This document shows positions 47,601-56,709 of a stretch of 64,000 nt of DNA, one piece after another. The notes under the pieces are model-generated. The model made no database searches, was not told where the DNA came from, and worked only from the letters and a program-made list of their open reading frames with translations. This DNA comes from a virus (taxonomy: Duplodnaviria > Caudoviricetes). The stretch lies in the IMG/VR virus record IMGVR_UViG_3300020048_000076, positions 1-64,000 of that record. The stretch is one strand, 5' to 3'. Position numbers and translations under genes: made by a program. Numbering within the stretch: position 1 is the first letter of the stretch; every line of letters starts with the position of its first letter.

Positions 47601-50600
47601 ACGCAACGTGTTTGGAATCAAGTTAAAAATCTTTATCCTGATATAGATGAAGGCAGTAAGGAGTTCATTTCTGAGGTGATTGCTAAGTTAGGAGAGAATA
47701 ACCCTAACCTACCTTGGTATCGTCGCCTGATCGCTAAAATTAAAGCCTTCCTAATGGAACGTGGCCTAGCTAGAGGTTTTATAACCGGAACGCTAACTGA
47801 TTCAGATATGCACGAATTGCTAGTAGCTAGTTTGAAAAGTGCCATCCACGGTAGAACGTTAAATAAAGCATGGGCGTTTGGTGGAACTCCAGCTATGGCT
47901 TCTTCACAAGGCATACAAAAAGGAAAACTCTTAGCGCCTAACGGTAAACCTTCAAACCTTAATGCTGTGCAACATGCGCAAGTAAGAACACCTGAGTTCA
48001 TAAAATGGTTCGGACCGTGGGAAAACGATCCTGAAAACGCATCTAAAGTTGTCGATGAGAATGGGGAACCACTTGTTGTTTATCACACTAGACAAAAAGG
48101 AAATGATTTTACTAAATTTAGAAGCGGAACAGCAGGGCTTATATGGTTCGCTGATTCAAAAGCTGGGTCGATAATGGCTGCTATGGGAGAAGGTGACACA
48201 ATAGAGGTTTATTTGAACGCAAGATCACCCTTTAACACTAAAGAAACAGCCGTTCATTTTGGAGACATACCCTATACTAAATATAATGAAAAGTTAAACA
48301 GAGTTACCAGCGTTCTTGAACGTACTGGTGATGATCTTATTTATGTAGAAGATGAGTCTGGAATTGCTTTTGCAGTTCAAAACCCCAATCAAATAAAATC
48401 AGCTACCGATAATGTCGGTGCATTCTCCAAAAAGAACGATGATATTCGTTACAGCCGTCCGGCTCCTGCCGCCGGTACTGAAGGATCAGCACAATACCAA
48501 CAGCAGTACAGAGAATGGTCAGCTATTATCTCAGAAGGGTTTGATAAGCTATCTAGCCAAGTAGCTTCAGTTAAATTAGCTTTTTTATCAGTACAACAAA
48601 TTGTTGAAAACTGTAAAAAATACCTACCTGCTGCTTATAGTTATGAGAAGTACCGTAGGTTAAGAGATGGTTTACAAACGCAATGGGTATTGGCAGGTGA
48701 TAAAGTCAGTGCTTTAACCCATAACATATTGACCAAAGCGCAACATGGTGAACTAACCGGCGTAGTTCAAGACTCTACTATTATTAATGTAGATGCTTCT
48801 AAAGCTTGGACTGGCGTTAAGAAAATGCCGGCTACCGACATAGAAAGCGAACGGTATCTTGCTTTCACTCAAGCTAAATTTAATAGCAAATACACTGATG
48901 AAATTATTGATTTTGCTAATCAGCTTAATGAGCAACACGCAATCAATAAGGTAAACCCATTAACCTTTTTTAATGGTAACGCCGCTTTTAACACTTTAGA
49001 AGATGCTCAAACTTTTGAGCAATTTTTAAAAGCACAGGAATTAAGATATGCGGCCTTTACAGAAGCGCGTTATAAAAACCCAAATACTGATAGAAAAGCT
49101 AAACATCCTGCTTTAGTAGCTCGATATAACGTTATGCCACAAGCGTCTAAAGACTTCTATGTACAGTCTAATGAGCTGTTAAATAAGTTAGCTGATGCCA
49201 AACAAGATACATTAGAAGAGCATGTAAGAGAAGCTATCCTAGACGGCAATCGTAGAATTGAAATGAACAAACTGCTTAGATTGCATTACGAAGCTAACCG
49301 ATTATCACAATACTACGCGCCTTTATCTCGTTACGGTAAGTTCTGGTTCTATGGAAACTTTACAGACGGCACTAAAACCTTTCGTAATTTTGAAACTCAA
49401 AAAGCGCGTGATAAAGCTTTGGAAGAATTTAAGAATTTAAACGGTGAAGACTCTATTATTGCAGACGGTAAATCTTTCAACAGTGCTTTGAGAATAGAAG
49501 GCGGATCAGATAGCTTTATTTTACAAATTAACACATTGATATCCGGCGCTGGCCTTGATGAAGATATATCTGAAAAACTAAGAGATGATATCTATCAAAT
49601 GTACCTGTCTACACTGCCTGAAGTTTCTTTACGTCATAGTGCTCAACATCGTAAAGGCACTAAAGGTTATGAAGAAGATGCAGAACGCAACTTTGCTAAT
49701 CACATGACCCATGGTGCATCTCAGTTCAGTAACATGAAGTGGGGTAAGAAAATGGAGCAAACTATTAAGCAATTGCGCGATATTATCACCATGTCTACCG
49801 CACCTTATCGTCAACAAGATGGTTTACGTAAAATAGAAGCGGCCAGATTACTTTTAGGCAACTGGGAAGAACTCTCTGAACCCGGTGTACTAGAAGCGCA
49901 AATAGAAGCTGCTGAAAGTACACCTGAAGTTATTTTACTAAGGGAAGTTCGTAAAATACGTAATAAGTACAGAAGCCTAGATGCTTTAAATGATGCCATT
50001 GAAAGCGGTAGATCGCTTTATGACGATGTAAGCGATGAAGCTTTCCAAGTGCTGTCTGATGATTGGGATAATTTAATAACCAGAGGCATGGTTGATCCAC
50101 TTGAAGATAAAATTAAACGGGCTAAGTTAACCGATAAAGCTAAGTTACTAAGAGCGGCTAAGGATTTGCGTAACTCTTTTGGCAAAATGGATGTGGATGA
50201 TGCAACAGAAGCTTTAGATTTAGTTATTGAAAAAACTCAAGATATTTATGACGGATCAAAATTATTAAACACTTCTGAAAAACGTGTAAAAGCGGTTGAT
50301 ACTGTGGATGAGTTAGAGATGACTTTTAACGCCATGGTTAATTCAGCAACCACCGCTATGGATCAAGCAGCAGGTAGTATTAGACAATTTGGTTTCTTAT
50401 GGAACTTAGGTGCCAGCATATCAAGTACCATTATGAACTTATTCCAAACACCCGGTGCGGCAATGCCGGTAGCCATTGGAAAGCATGAGTTCAACAACGT
50501 ATTAAAAGAGTTTAACCATGCTTACAATGAGTTTATAGCGTCTGTAAAAAGCGGTAAATACGATGAAAACGGTAATGCGTCTATATCCGCCATTATGCAA

Positions 50601-52040
50601 GAACGCCTGAATAGAATGACTGAATTTTCACCTGAATATATGGAGTTGAAAGGTGAGCTAGATGCACTTAACCTATTCAAACAGGATGGTACTGTTGCCA
50701 GAACACAAACCATGGATATCATGGGCATTGGTAAAGAAGGTTATCAACATGGCGGTAAGTTAGGTGAGTTCTCTAAGAAAATGGGCTGGATGTTCCATCA
50801 TGCTGAACGCTTAAACCGTGAAGTAACACTGGTAGCTGCTTATCGATTAGCAAGAGCTGAAGCCCTTAAAAAAGGCATCAAGATGGGTATAAACAGAAAT
50901 GAAGATGTTGGCGAATGGGCGGATGCTGTTGAATACGCACGTTACGTTAATGATCGTTCACAACTGAATTACTCACCGGATAACGCCGCTAGAATATTTA
51001 GAGGCTGGCCAGCGGCTATTGCTTTACAGTTTAAGAAATATCAACAAGGTATGTTGTATCTTTGGGGACGTACACTGGCCGATAAATTAAACGGCTGGAA
51101 AAAGATGCCTGACGGAACTCAAGAAGAAAAAGATGCTAAAGCAGCCGCTAAACTAGAGTCTCAACAAGCAGGAAGAACGTTTGTAGCGTTATTAACCATG
51201 CAAATGTCTTTTGCCGGTGCATTAGGACTGCCTTTAGTGGGTGCATTAACCGTTGTTGTTAATATGATCGGTGATGCTATATCTGATGCCGATGAGCCAT
51301 GGGATTGGAGAAGGGAGGTTCGAGTAGGGCTAACTGATCTAACCGGTGAGTTCTTTGCTACAGCGGCTACTAAGGGGTTATTTAACGCTTTCTCTACTAT
51401 TGGCATTCCACTAGGTGATATAGCCGGTCGTATGTCTCTAGCCGATACTATATTTAGAGAACCTATGCAGAACATGGAAGGTAGAGATGAAGTTACTCAA
51501 TACCTATCATCTATAGCTGGCCCATTCGGAGGTCTGGTTGGTAATGTATGGGAAGGTGTACGCTTGGCCGGAGAAGGTAATTATGCCAGAGGTGCTGAAA
51601 CCGCTTCACCAAAAGTTATTAAAGATATCATTAAATCTACCCGATTTATGTCTGAAGGGGCTAGTTCAATAGATGGCGCTCAGTTAAAAGAGATGTCCTT
51701 CATGGAAATATTTGAGCAAATGGCCGGTTTCGGAAGTGCTGAACTGGAACAGAAATATGCTGAACGTGGCTACTATAAAGAAGCTGAGAAAAGTATATTA
51801 AGTAAACGTCAAAAAATACTCCATGCAGCGGCCAAAGCTAGACGAGAAGGTGATACGTCTAAACAAGAAGAAGTGGCAGCTTGGAATGAGCGCCATCCGC
51901 TTAAACCTATTACTAATCAAAACATTAGTGCTTCTATTAACGCTACTAAACTGGGTGAAAAGAAACGAGGGGTTAGGGGTTATACCACTGATCCAGATTT
52001 AGAATTAGCATTTGATTTGCAAGATTATGATGAGGAATAA
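41640..52040 (+). CDS. giant polyvalent internal virion protein (InPase-like, HExxH metallopeptidase, ART-PolyVal-like, PLxRFG-like domains)
   Basis: IENPAGTVRSGTD...YG...GADKDHLDVF; ILHELGEH; LAPNGKPSNL...VRTPEFIKWFG...GEPLVVYH...NQIKSATDNVGAF; YAPLSRYG. Confidence 0.8.
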   Translation: MPSSSLNLDEILANASSTNTSKGAPKSSELDKILAPYATKTPEQVEPETEQGNIGTDVLKSVVRGAAGIPEALAEPVQTVAGGAGKLLDIAAGEQAEVGPAEAGVAEYGGLMREATTRKLKKAAAEALPYSTATQASQEEFGKQLADIQANKEMGLPERVYESGKAAITHPRAAIPSIGESGTQFLAGGAAGKALGLGASAFKQAVGINALLEGGGGSEGAREEIANTPVEELRKAPRFQELETQYGTDKALKIAQELAGSAAFTPSAIGGGAATALTGGGAGGRLLESAFGTGARETIQPGLKGIARYAAKEVPKYMAKEIPEETIQGVTGQLGQNIAAQPYTGVPLTEGLVEQGVASGLQGAIGGGVYGGAGVGTDIARTSLERRRDAAGAIDEGNLDTTGTGTALLGADGSVIPAGTTGAGTGGAGGGQAQGDVDRTGAAQAGAGTTAAQGAAPTRTEQVTSDLINTLTTAITTNPTTGVTSKAALAGVTSGVAAPIIDAATQDTQEAQAALEAQQDQDAQDAQALSTQRDVDIPAEIFTGSTIDGKKPEKVAFIDDTLNQYDFAISDLLDQKRQAVENGTTPPVANLGRLRTIAKDLGAPYLKSSEGDLIHNITLRLSQLRTIQQETTENGLKETTTPTTAAQPTTPGAGTTEQAPPPMGEAQGETVTPPTGTEATTGLTFNDQGEDTTQIDKEGQEDQGQEEQKVAPVEQHLVNNVKVNLNSLTPTQRTEWDAANENYNLEIGYANSISDSQERGKRLNAAGQKLSAERRRITGLYTDKERVKNVAFANKIREGAPLQTKDGEQVTAVSTPSYGKVKVRSASGVESSIPTSDLKVTPVQLPRAETITLPDGTLEFVGYKTEEKAPEAKQAPVSAAADQQQAPSEAAIEAKEAYPLTGADFQGIHVAIENPAGTVRSGTDANGEKWEIQLKDNYGSMPNVRGADKDHLDVFTPVGLTKEQEDKTKYAYVVDQYVVDDNGKQTNQFDEHKVMLGYPSLAAAKEAYLRNYNPGWSGFGAITAMSMADLKAKTNEVWDKPIKPKKVRKAKAAFYTAPSGLEELQGAIKKLGGIRDANGPKSAFSDYRGRRYQAIFNNGTNALTMDDMATSLNQYGYDIDGENGLSELLYDSLRGNEYYTPAGHENLLAIQEKENFNDEQARQLQKYEDAVEEGLIDSTDFDDAIGYLEDDFNFGDIVTGEDLNDFWGFNDEYDERTDVGGFEGGEEAAGGETEEVTPYTPGAPLLKTYTQEEILDQQNEAKRLAAEKAAADLAAEQKAQADREVDTFQDWMLGLGGTATTDMFAEEGIKNLGGAEPVQKTETNGIKQPELNSDDLAKHIADAARDKGYSWSKNKDGTFDIKSNGVHIATAAYQPDSAEELTALVLKNYKTALDREGKELPSNPKEMTRDQFYIASRFGKIINDFEISGDDIANKTGGITTNEYGGFAIDHDALYDRLQKTDLAPRISKAQLADRLFSAVMFYLKNHPSSDGKPYRALAKAAKTNQKAAEIFSFVKSVNANFIKLDKADWQTADAELTKQLESLPEELSKEYERILGAGLNAVDFEQSIKDMQENLTPAEIKALATETKADIEGEEATKKIEQYKPQFSRQEQRILGKSRKGLSNKEVLDRIPELAEHAKKMREADYITDEMRVEHQRLVDLYKPVEPYESVPEPVPEKQARFALANGKGQSEKKADKYGLPAAFFKLGDWVQFRLDIPSYSQNNTWINSIHTPKSMTGTDASFKAGPVVGYESASAATNVKFGVGQDDSLDIATGKNKGTIATILGQWKPMSNEEMYERAQAIVNQTAPDYAQWTQVGMDPERHSYFYDRVNQDVVDSADEVIQIGPLVLAKNVVFGEKNLPNRYSRLEAKNVNTFANAQEAENELIDQFGPGIANLINTKVLNLTQGRDSWPESARKAAEGFFTEAVYLNGKVYIDLQSTARYRMKAVILHELGEHFNLERMLGLKGYADLQNQIRNQSRVEGSETQRVWNQVKNLYPDIDEGSKEFISEVIAKLGENNPNLPWYRRLIAKIKAFLMERGLARGFITGTLTDSDMHELLVASLKSAIHGRTLNKAWAFGGTPAMASSQGIQKGKLLAPNGKPSNLNAVQHAQVRTPEFIKWFGPWENDPENASKVVDENGEPLVVYHTRQKGNDFTKFRSGTAGLIWFADSKAGSIMAAMGEGDTIEVYLNARSPFNTKETAVHFGDIPYTKYNEKLNRVTSVLERTGDDLIYVEDESGIAFAVQNPNQIKSATDNVGAFSKKNDDIRYSRPAPAAGTEGSAQYQQQYREWSAIISEGFDKLSSQVASVKLAFLSVQQIVENCKKYLPAAYSYEKYRRLRDGLQTQWVLAGDKVSALTHNILTKAQHGELTGVVQDSTIINVDASKAWTGVKKMPATDIESERYLAFTQAKFNSKYTDEIIDFANQLNEQHAINKVNPLTFFNGNAAFNTLEDAQTFEQFLKAQELRYAAFTEARYKNPNTDRKAKHPALVARYNVMPQASKDFYVQSNELLNKLADAKQDTLEEHVREAILDGNRRIEMNKLLRLHYEANRLSQYYAPLSRYGKFWFYGNFTDGTKTFRNFETQKARDKALEEFKNLNGEDSIIADGKSFNSALRIEGGSDSFILQINTLISGAGLDEDISEKLRDDIYQMYLSTLPEVSLRHSAQHRKGTKGYEEDAERNFANHMTHGASQFSNMKWGKKMEQTIKQLRDIITMSTAPYRQQDGLRKIEAARLLLGNWEELSEPGVLEAQIEAAESTPEVILLREVRKIRNKYRSLDALNDAIESGRSLYDDVSDEAFQVLSDDWDNLITRGMVDPLEDKIKRAKLTDKAKLLRAAKDLRNSFGKMDVDDATEALDLVIEKTQDIYDGSKLLNTSEKRVKAVDTVDELEMTFNAMVNSATTAMDQAAGSIRQFGFLWNLGASISSTIMNLFQTPGAAMPVAIGKHEFNNVLKEFNHAYNEFIASVKSGKYDENGNASISAIMQERLNRMTEFSPEYMELKGELDALNLFKQDGTVARTQTMDIMGIGKEGYQHGGKLGEFSKKMGWMFHHAERLNREVTLVAAYRLARAEALKKGIKMGINRNEDVGEWADAVEYARYVNDRSQLNYSPDNAARIFRGWPAAIALQFKKYQQGMLYLWGRTLADKLNGWKKMPDGTQEEKDAKAAAKLESQQAGRTFVALLTMQMSFAGALGLPLVGALTVVVNMIGDAISDADEPWDWRREVRVGLTDLTGEFFATAATKGLFNAFSTIGIPLGDIAGRMSLADTIFREPMQNMEGRDEVTQYLSSIAGPFGGLVGNVWEGVRLAGEGNYARGAETASPKVIKDIIKSTRFMSEGASSIDGAQLKEMSFMEIFEQMAGFGSAELEQKYAERGYYKEAEKSILSKRQKILHAAAKARREGDTSKQEEVAAWNERHPLKPITNQNISASINATKLGEKKRGVRGYTTDPDLELAFDLQDYDEE

Positions 52041-52191
52041 TTAACCCATAAATAATTAATTTACGCACCTATAAAGATTTAAATCTTCAACTACACTTAA
52101 AGATATCAGTATAGCTTAAACGTTATGTTGATTTTGAGAGATGTTTCTCAGATGTCCCGGCATCATCCGGGCTAAGTATAGGAGAATTACT

Positions 52192-53082
52192 ATGGCTATC
52201 ACAGATAGTGCAGGTAATGTTGATTTAAATTCTTTATTGAAAGGTGCGGAAATGGGCAATTTATTAGGTGGTACAGGTTCTGGTTCAGATAGCCTCGGCG
52301 GTGGACTTTTACTCGGTTTGCTATTAGGTAGAACTAATCTATTAGGTGGCGGAACTGATGCTGCTGCGGTTGCTGCTGCTGATCGTCTAACTGCTGCTGA
52401 TGTACAAAACATAGTATCTGCAAATGCTAATTCACAAACATTAGGTAATGTTGAAGGTGAGATTTGGAAAGCAGAAGGTCAATTACAGGCTGCTTTAGCA
52501 GCTTCTACTAATGCTGCTCAAATTGCAACTTTGAACTCAGAGATTGCTAATTTGCAAGGTCAAGGTGTTATAGTTAAAGCTGTAACTGAAGGTGCTGCTG
52601 CTATCGCCAAACAAGGCGGAGAAGGTGTTGCTACTACCTTAGCTGCTTCTGGTAATGTTATTAATGCTGTAAATACAGGCAATGCTGCAACTGCTGCTGG
52701 TTTTGGCGTAGTTAATACTAATATTGCGCAGTTAGGTTCTCTGACTCTACAGGCAGTTAACAATGATGGCGATAAAACTCGTGCTGCTATTTCTGCGCTT
52801 GCCGCTTCAATACCTAATGCTCGTGAACTTGACTTACAACGTCAGTTAGCTGTAGCTTTGGATGACCATAGACATACTACTACAAGAGGTATTGTCGAAT
52901 CTGGTAATACAACTGTAACTACTAATGTTGCTCAATCCACTTCACAAGCACAGTTGCAGCAACAAGCAATTATTACTAATGGTTTGTTAGGTCAGTTGAT
53001 TGCTTCTCAACAAGCTACTAATACTGCTGTAACTATTGGAAATGGTAATCGCCCTACTCAAACAGCGAATAATGTTGGATGA
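52192..53082 (+). CDS. Gly/Ala/Asn/Gln-rich protein with hydrophobic N-terminal segment and very strong codon bias
   Basis: AGGAG RBS before ATG 52192; GCT/GGT/ACT codons dominate. Confidence 0.75.
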   Translation: MAITDSAGNVDLNSLLKGAEMGNLLGGTGSGSDSLGGGLLLGLLLGRTNLLGGGTDAAAVAAADRLTAADVQNIVSANANSQTLGNVEGEIWKAEGQLQAALAASTNAAQIATLNSEIANLQGQGVIVKAVTEGAAAIAKQGGEGVATTLAASGNVINAVNTGNAATAAGFGVVNTNIAQLGSLTLQAVNNDGDKTRAAISALAASIPNARELDLQRQLAVALDDHRHTTTRGIVESGNTTVTTNVAQSTSQAQLQQQAIITNGLLGQLIASQQATNTAVTIGNGNRPTQTANNVG

Positions 53083-53268
53083 ATACCCGTAGCATTTGAT
53101 GATATTTTTATTACTACTAACATAACTGAAGTAAAATCTTGTTCAGATGATGAGCCGGAAGACATTTCACTTGAAGAGTATAAAGATACATCTTATGGGG
53201 ATAGTAGCACTGGTAGAGGACATGGGAAACCTAGTCCTCGAAATGGTTTAGTTAATAAAAAGGTATAA
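53079..53268 (+). other. start-less open frame continuing past the TGA of the upstream gene (readthrough or 1-nt frameshifted small gene)
   Basis: 61 sense codons at 53083-53265 end in TAA at 53266-53268, just before the next ATG. Confidence 0.5.
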
Positions 53269-53269
53269 C

Positions 53270-53641
53270 ATGACAAGTCCGATTATTTTATCTCTTGAAC
53301 AACAACTCGCAGCACTAAAAGCTAGTGCGGAGACGTTAATCCCTGTTAAGGAACCGGCTGCGGTCAGCGCACCAGTTACGGTAAGTCTTGAAGATTTACG
53401 CAGCATGGTTAAAGAATTGATAGGGGAAGAAAGAAAGATGAAAGTCGGAGATGAAGTAGTACCTGATATTAAAGAATATACCATGTTGGAAGCCGTAAAT
53501 TTAGCATTAACCGGAGAAGAACAACGTTGGCTCTGTAAAGACGATGTTATCAAAGGTGTTGCTAATTTTATGGCGACCGATGATGGTCAAGTTATAACTA
53601 AGCAATTTATTATTGCATATAGGAACTATTATGATAGTTAA
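53270..53641 (+). CDS. hypothetical protein
   Basis: AAGG RBS. Confidence 0.7.
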   Translation: MTSPIILSLEQQLAALKASAETLIPVKEPAAVSAPVTVSLEDLRSMVKELIGEERKMKVGDEVVPDIKEYTMLEAVNLALTGEEQRWLCKDDVIKGVANFMATDDGQVITKQFIIAYRNYYDS

Positions 53642-53870
53642 ACACAGTATAGAATCGACAACAGATGAGAGCGATGCCATGTATTCTATGGTTACTGGGA
53701 TATGTCTAGCTGAATACCCAACCGTAGAAGCACAAACTGCTGCAATCATGGCTGCTAAAGATTCTTTTAAAGTTGCACTTGATAAACTGATAGACACAGC
53801 TTTTACATACGGTCAAAAGATCGGTAAATCGAAAGCTGATAAAACAGATACCGCGATGTATAGGGATTAA
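53631..53870 (+). CDS. hypothetical protein
   Basis: AGGA RBS; overlaps upstream stop. Confidence 0.6.
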   Translation: MIVKHSIESTTDESDAMYSMVTGICLAEYPTVEAQTAAIMAAKDSFKVALDKLIDTAFTYGQKIGKSKADKTDTAMYRD

Positions 53871-53881
53871 AAAACCTTTTT

Positions 53882-53917
53882 AAAAAGGGCAAATATTAAA
53901 AACATCTGCCCTTTTTT
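53882..53917 (+). terminator. Rho-independent terminator (possibly bidirectional)
   Basis: AAAAAGGGCA...TGCCCTTTTTT. Confidence 0.75.
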
Positions 53918-54060
53918 AACCCTTTCATATTCCCCTTTTTAACCCCTTCTAAATACTTGATTTAAATACAAGATTGTGCAATCAAAAGGTTTGATAAATA
54001 GTGCTTTTTAGTGTACGCTTGTGAAAAATATTTCCTCTCTTCAACCAAAGGTTTATTCAC

Positions 54061-54480
54061 ATGGCAGCTTTAACTAACTACACCGAAAACAAACTCATCG
54101 ATCATATCTTTAGAACAACCAAATGGACTCCAACTGGCCTTATCTATATCGGACTCGCAACAGCTATTACTGATGCAGGAAACGAAGCACTTACTATTAC
54201 AGAAGTAATCGGCGGATCATATGCCCGTGTTGCAAGAAACCCTTTAGATGCTAACTGGGATGCACCTGTTAACAATAACGGTACAACTGCTAATACAGCC
54301 AGTATCCAGTTTCCAACTGCAACAGCTGATTGGGGTACGGTTACTCACTTTGTTATCTATGAAGCTGCTTCTGCTGGTAATGCTCTTATTTATTCGGCGT
54401 TAACTAACGCCAGAACGATTACCAATGGTACTACACCAAGTTTTGCTATAGGCGCATTGACTTTCCGAATAGACGACTAA
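54061..54480 (+). CDS. tail-fibre-associated structural protein
   Basis: Paralogue of 29934-30338. Confidence 0.7.
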   Translation: MAALTNYTENKLIDHIFRTTKWTPTGLIYIGLATAITDAGNEALTITEVIGGSYARVARNPLDANWDAPVNNNGTTANTASIQFPTATADWGTVTHFVIYEAASAGNALIYSALTNARTITNGTTPSFAIGALTFRIDD

Positions 54481-54483
54481 GAT

Positions 54484-56709
54484 ATGGCTACTGTTACTCT
54501 ACGATCTGCTGTTAATCGTGCTTTAACCAGTACAGAGATTGATAACAATTTTATTAATCTTGATACTGGTAAGGTAGAAGCTGGCACACCTGTCTTTACT
54601 GGATTGGTAACTTTACCAAGTCAAGATATTGATATGACTGATTCAAGTTTGCCTGATATCGCACCAAGTTTAAACTTGGACTTTGCAAACGGAGAACAGT
54701 TAGACAGTAGAGTGACGTTTGGTCGAGGGAGTGCTGGAACTTACTATGACGGTAAGAGTGTTGCGAAAGCTGAGGAGAATTTGTTTACGCAGAGTAATTT
54801 TCAGGGTGGATGGAACCTTAATGCGGCTACATATTCAGTGTCAGGCAGTATAGCTGCGCCTGATACAACTTTGAGTGCTGCCACGCTAACCTCAACAAAT
54901 AGTGCTGTTGGCTCGCTGACGATTATATATCGTACAAGTAGTAGCATAGGATTTACTGGGATAGGAACATTTAGTGTTTACGCTAAAAAAGGAACTTCTA
55001 ATTTTTTAGGTATGTCAAATAGCACCACTGGCTCGTATGCTTGGGCTAATTTTAACTTAGCCACAGGGGTTGTTGCGAGTTCAGGAGGATGTACCGCGTC
55101 CATTGTTGATGCAGGAGCAGGATGGTATCGCTGCATTATGGCTAATATTACGATACCGCAAAATTATATAACCTATGCAGGAATAGATGCAGACCCAGCA
55201 AATAATACCAATGTTTTTGGAGTATTTACATCAGGCAATACAATTTACCTTTGGGGCGCACAAGCAGAAAACAGAGCATCAGTTACAGCCTACACACCCA
55301 CAACTACAGCTCCAATAACTAACTACATTCCAGTTTTACTATCTGCACCCTTAAACACCCCAAGATTTGACCACGATAGCAGACCTGCTTTCTATGGAAC
55401 TTGTACGGTATCGGGTTCTGCGGTAACGCTACCTACGACTTTCGCTGATGGTTCTAGCCCTTCCACTGTTAACAAGTTCTACAGTGGAAGTATCACCATA
55501 TCAGGTACGTCTTATCCAATTACTAATTATGTAGGCAGTACACGAGTTGTTACGGTAACGGGTAGTCCTACGGCTGGTGTTTTTAGCTTGGTTAATAAGA
55601 ACTATGGACAGAGTTTAGGGCTGTTGATTGAGGAGCAGAGGACTAATCTGGTTACTTATAGTAGTGATTTTAGTAATGGAATTTGGGGTAAAGTAAATAG
55701 CACTATTACAACAACATCAAATATTGCGCCAGATGGTACTCAAACTACACAATCATTAATAGAATCGGTTACAAATTCAAGACATTTCGTTTACCAATTA
55801 AAATCCATAATTGCGACATCTATATATTCTGCATCAGTATATATAAAAGCTGGAGTTAGACGATACGCAACACTAGGATTAAAAAATAATGTACCTTCTC
55901 TTTTATACGCTATAAATATTGATTTATTAACAGGTGTGATAACAAACACTACTAGCGGTGGTTCTCCTACTGGAATTTCTTCAGCGGTAGTACCAGTAGG
56001 TAATGGTTGGTATAGATGCACAATTAGTATGACTTCTATCACAGGAGATACAGCATTTTATTCTGCAATAGGGATATCAAATTCACCATCACCATCTTGG
56101 TCAGATGAGTGTGCATCTTATCAAGGCGATGGCTACTCAGGCATCTACATCTGGGGCGCACAGCTCGAAGCAGGTTCTTTCGCAACTTCCTACATACCCA
56201 CACCTTCCAATGCTACTGTAACAAGGTTTGCTGATAGTGCTTCTATGACAGGAGTGAATTTTAGCTCTTGGTATAATCAGAGTGAAGGGAGTACATTTTT
56301 TGAATGGAACTCTTATGGTTCTTCAGACCCTACTATGGGTATAAAATTTGATAGTGGCAGTGATGTTAATAGAATACAAATTGGTGCTACTACTAAAACT
56401 GGTCTAGCATTACGAACTTATATAACTACAAATAATATAACACAATTAAGTTTAATTTTTGGTACTACTGCTATTAACTTATTTAGTAAGTCTGCGTTAT
56501 CTTGGTCATCTAGTAGTTGTATAGCTTATTGGAATGCAACTACTAATAGTTATATAGGAACTATTTCTTTACCAATAGTTAATAGATTAATGATAGGTTG
56601 TGATTTTGCTCCAGGTGTTACTGGACAGATTAACGGTCACATCCGCAAACTTACTTATTACCCCAAAGCTCTAACCTCAACTCAGCTCAAAGGATTAACT
56701 AAACCATGA
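54484..56709 (+). CDS. tail fibre / receptor-binding protein A (ConA/LamG-like modules)
   Basis: LNLDFAN, GLLIEEQRTNL, WGAQLEAGSFATSYIPT, NGHIRKLTYYP. Confidence 0.8.
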   Translation: MATVTLRSAVNRALTSTEIDNNFINLDTGKVEAGTPVFTGLVTLPSQDIDMTDSSLPDIAPSLNLDFANGEQLDSRVTFGRGSAGTYYDGKSVAKAEENLFTQSNFQGGWNLNAATYSVSGSIAAPDTTLSAATLTSTNSAVGSLTIIYRTSSSIGFTGIGTFSVYAKKGTSNFLGMSNSTTGSYAWANFNLATGVVASSGGCTASIVDAGAGWYRCIMANITIPQNYITYAGIDADPANNTNVFGVFTSGNTIYLWGAQAENRASVTAYTPTTTAPITNYIPVLLSAPLNTPRFDHDSRPAFYGTCTVSGSAVTLPTTFADGSSPSTVNKFYSGSITISGTSYPITNYVGSTRVVTVTGSPTAGVFSLVNKNYGQSLGLLIEEQRTNLVTYSSDFSNGIWGKVNSTITTTSNIAPDGTQTTQSLIESVTNSRHFVYQLKSIIATSIYSASVYIKAGVRRYATLGLKNNVPSLLYAINIDLLTGVITNTTSGGSPTGISSAVVPVGNGWYRCTISMTSITGDTAFYSAIGISNSPSPSWSDECASYQGDGYSGIYIWGAQLEAGSFATSYIPTPSNATVTRFADSASMTGVNFSSWYNQSEGSTFFEWNSYGSSDPTMGIKFDSGSDVNRIQIGATTKTGLALRTYITTNNITQLSLIFGTTAINLFSKSALSWSSSSCIAYWNATTNSYIGTISLPIVNRLMIGCDFAPGVTGQINGHIRKLTYYPKALTSTQLKGLTKP

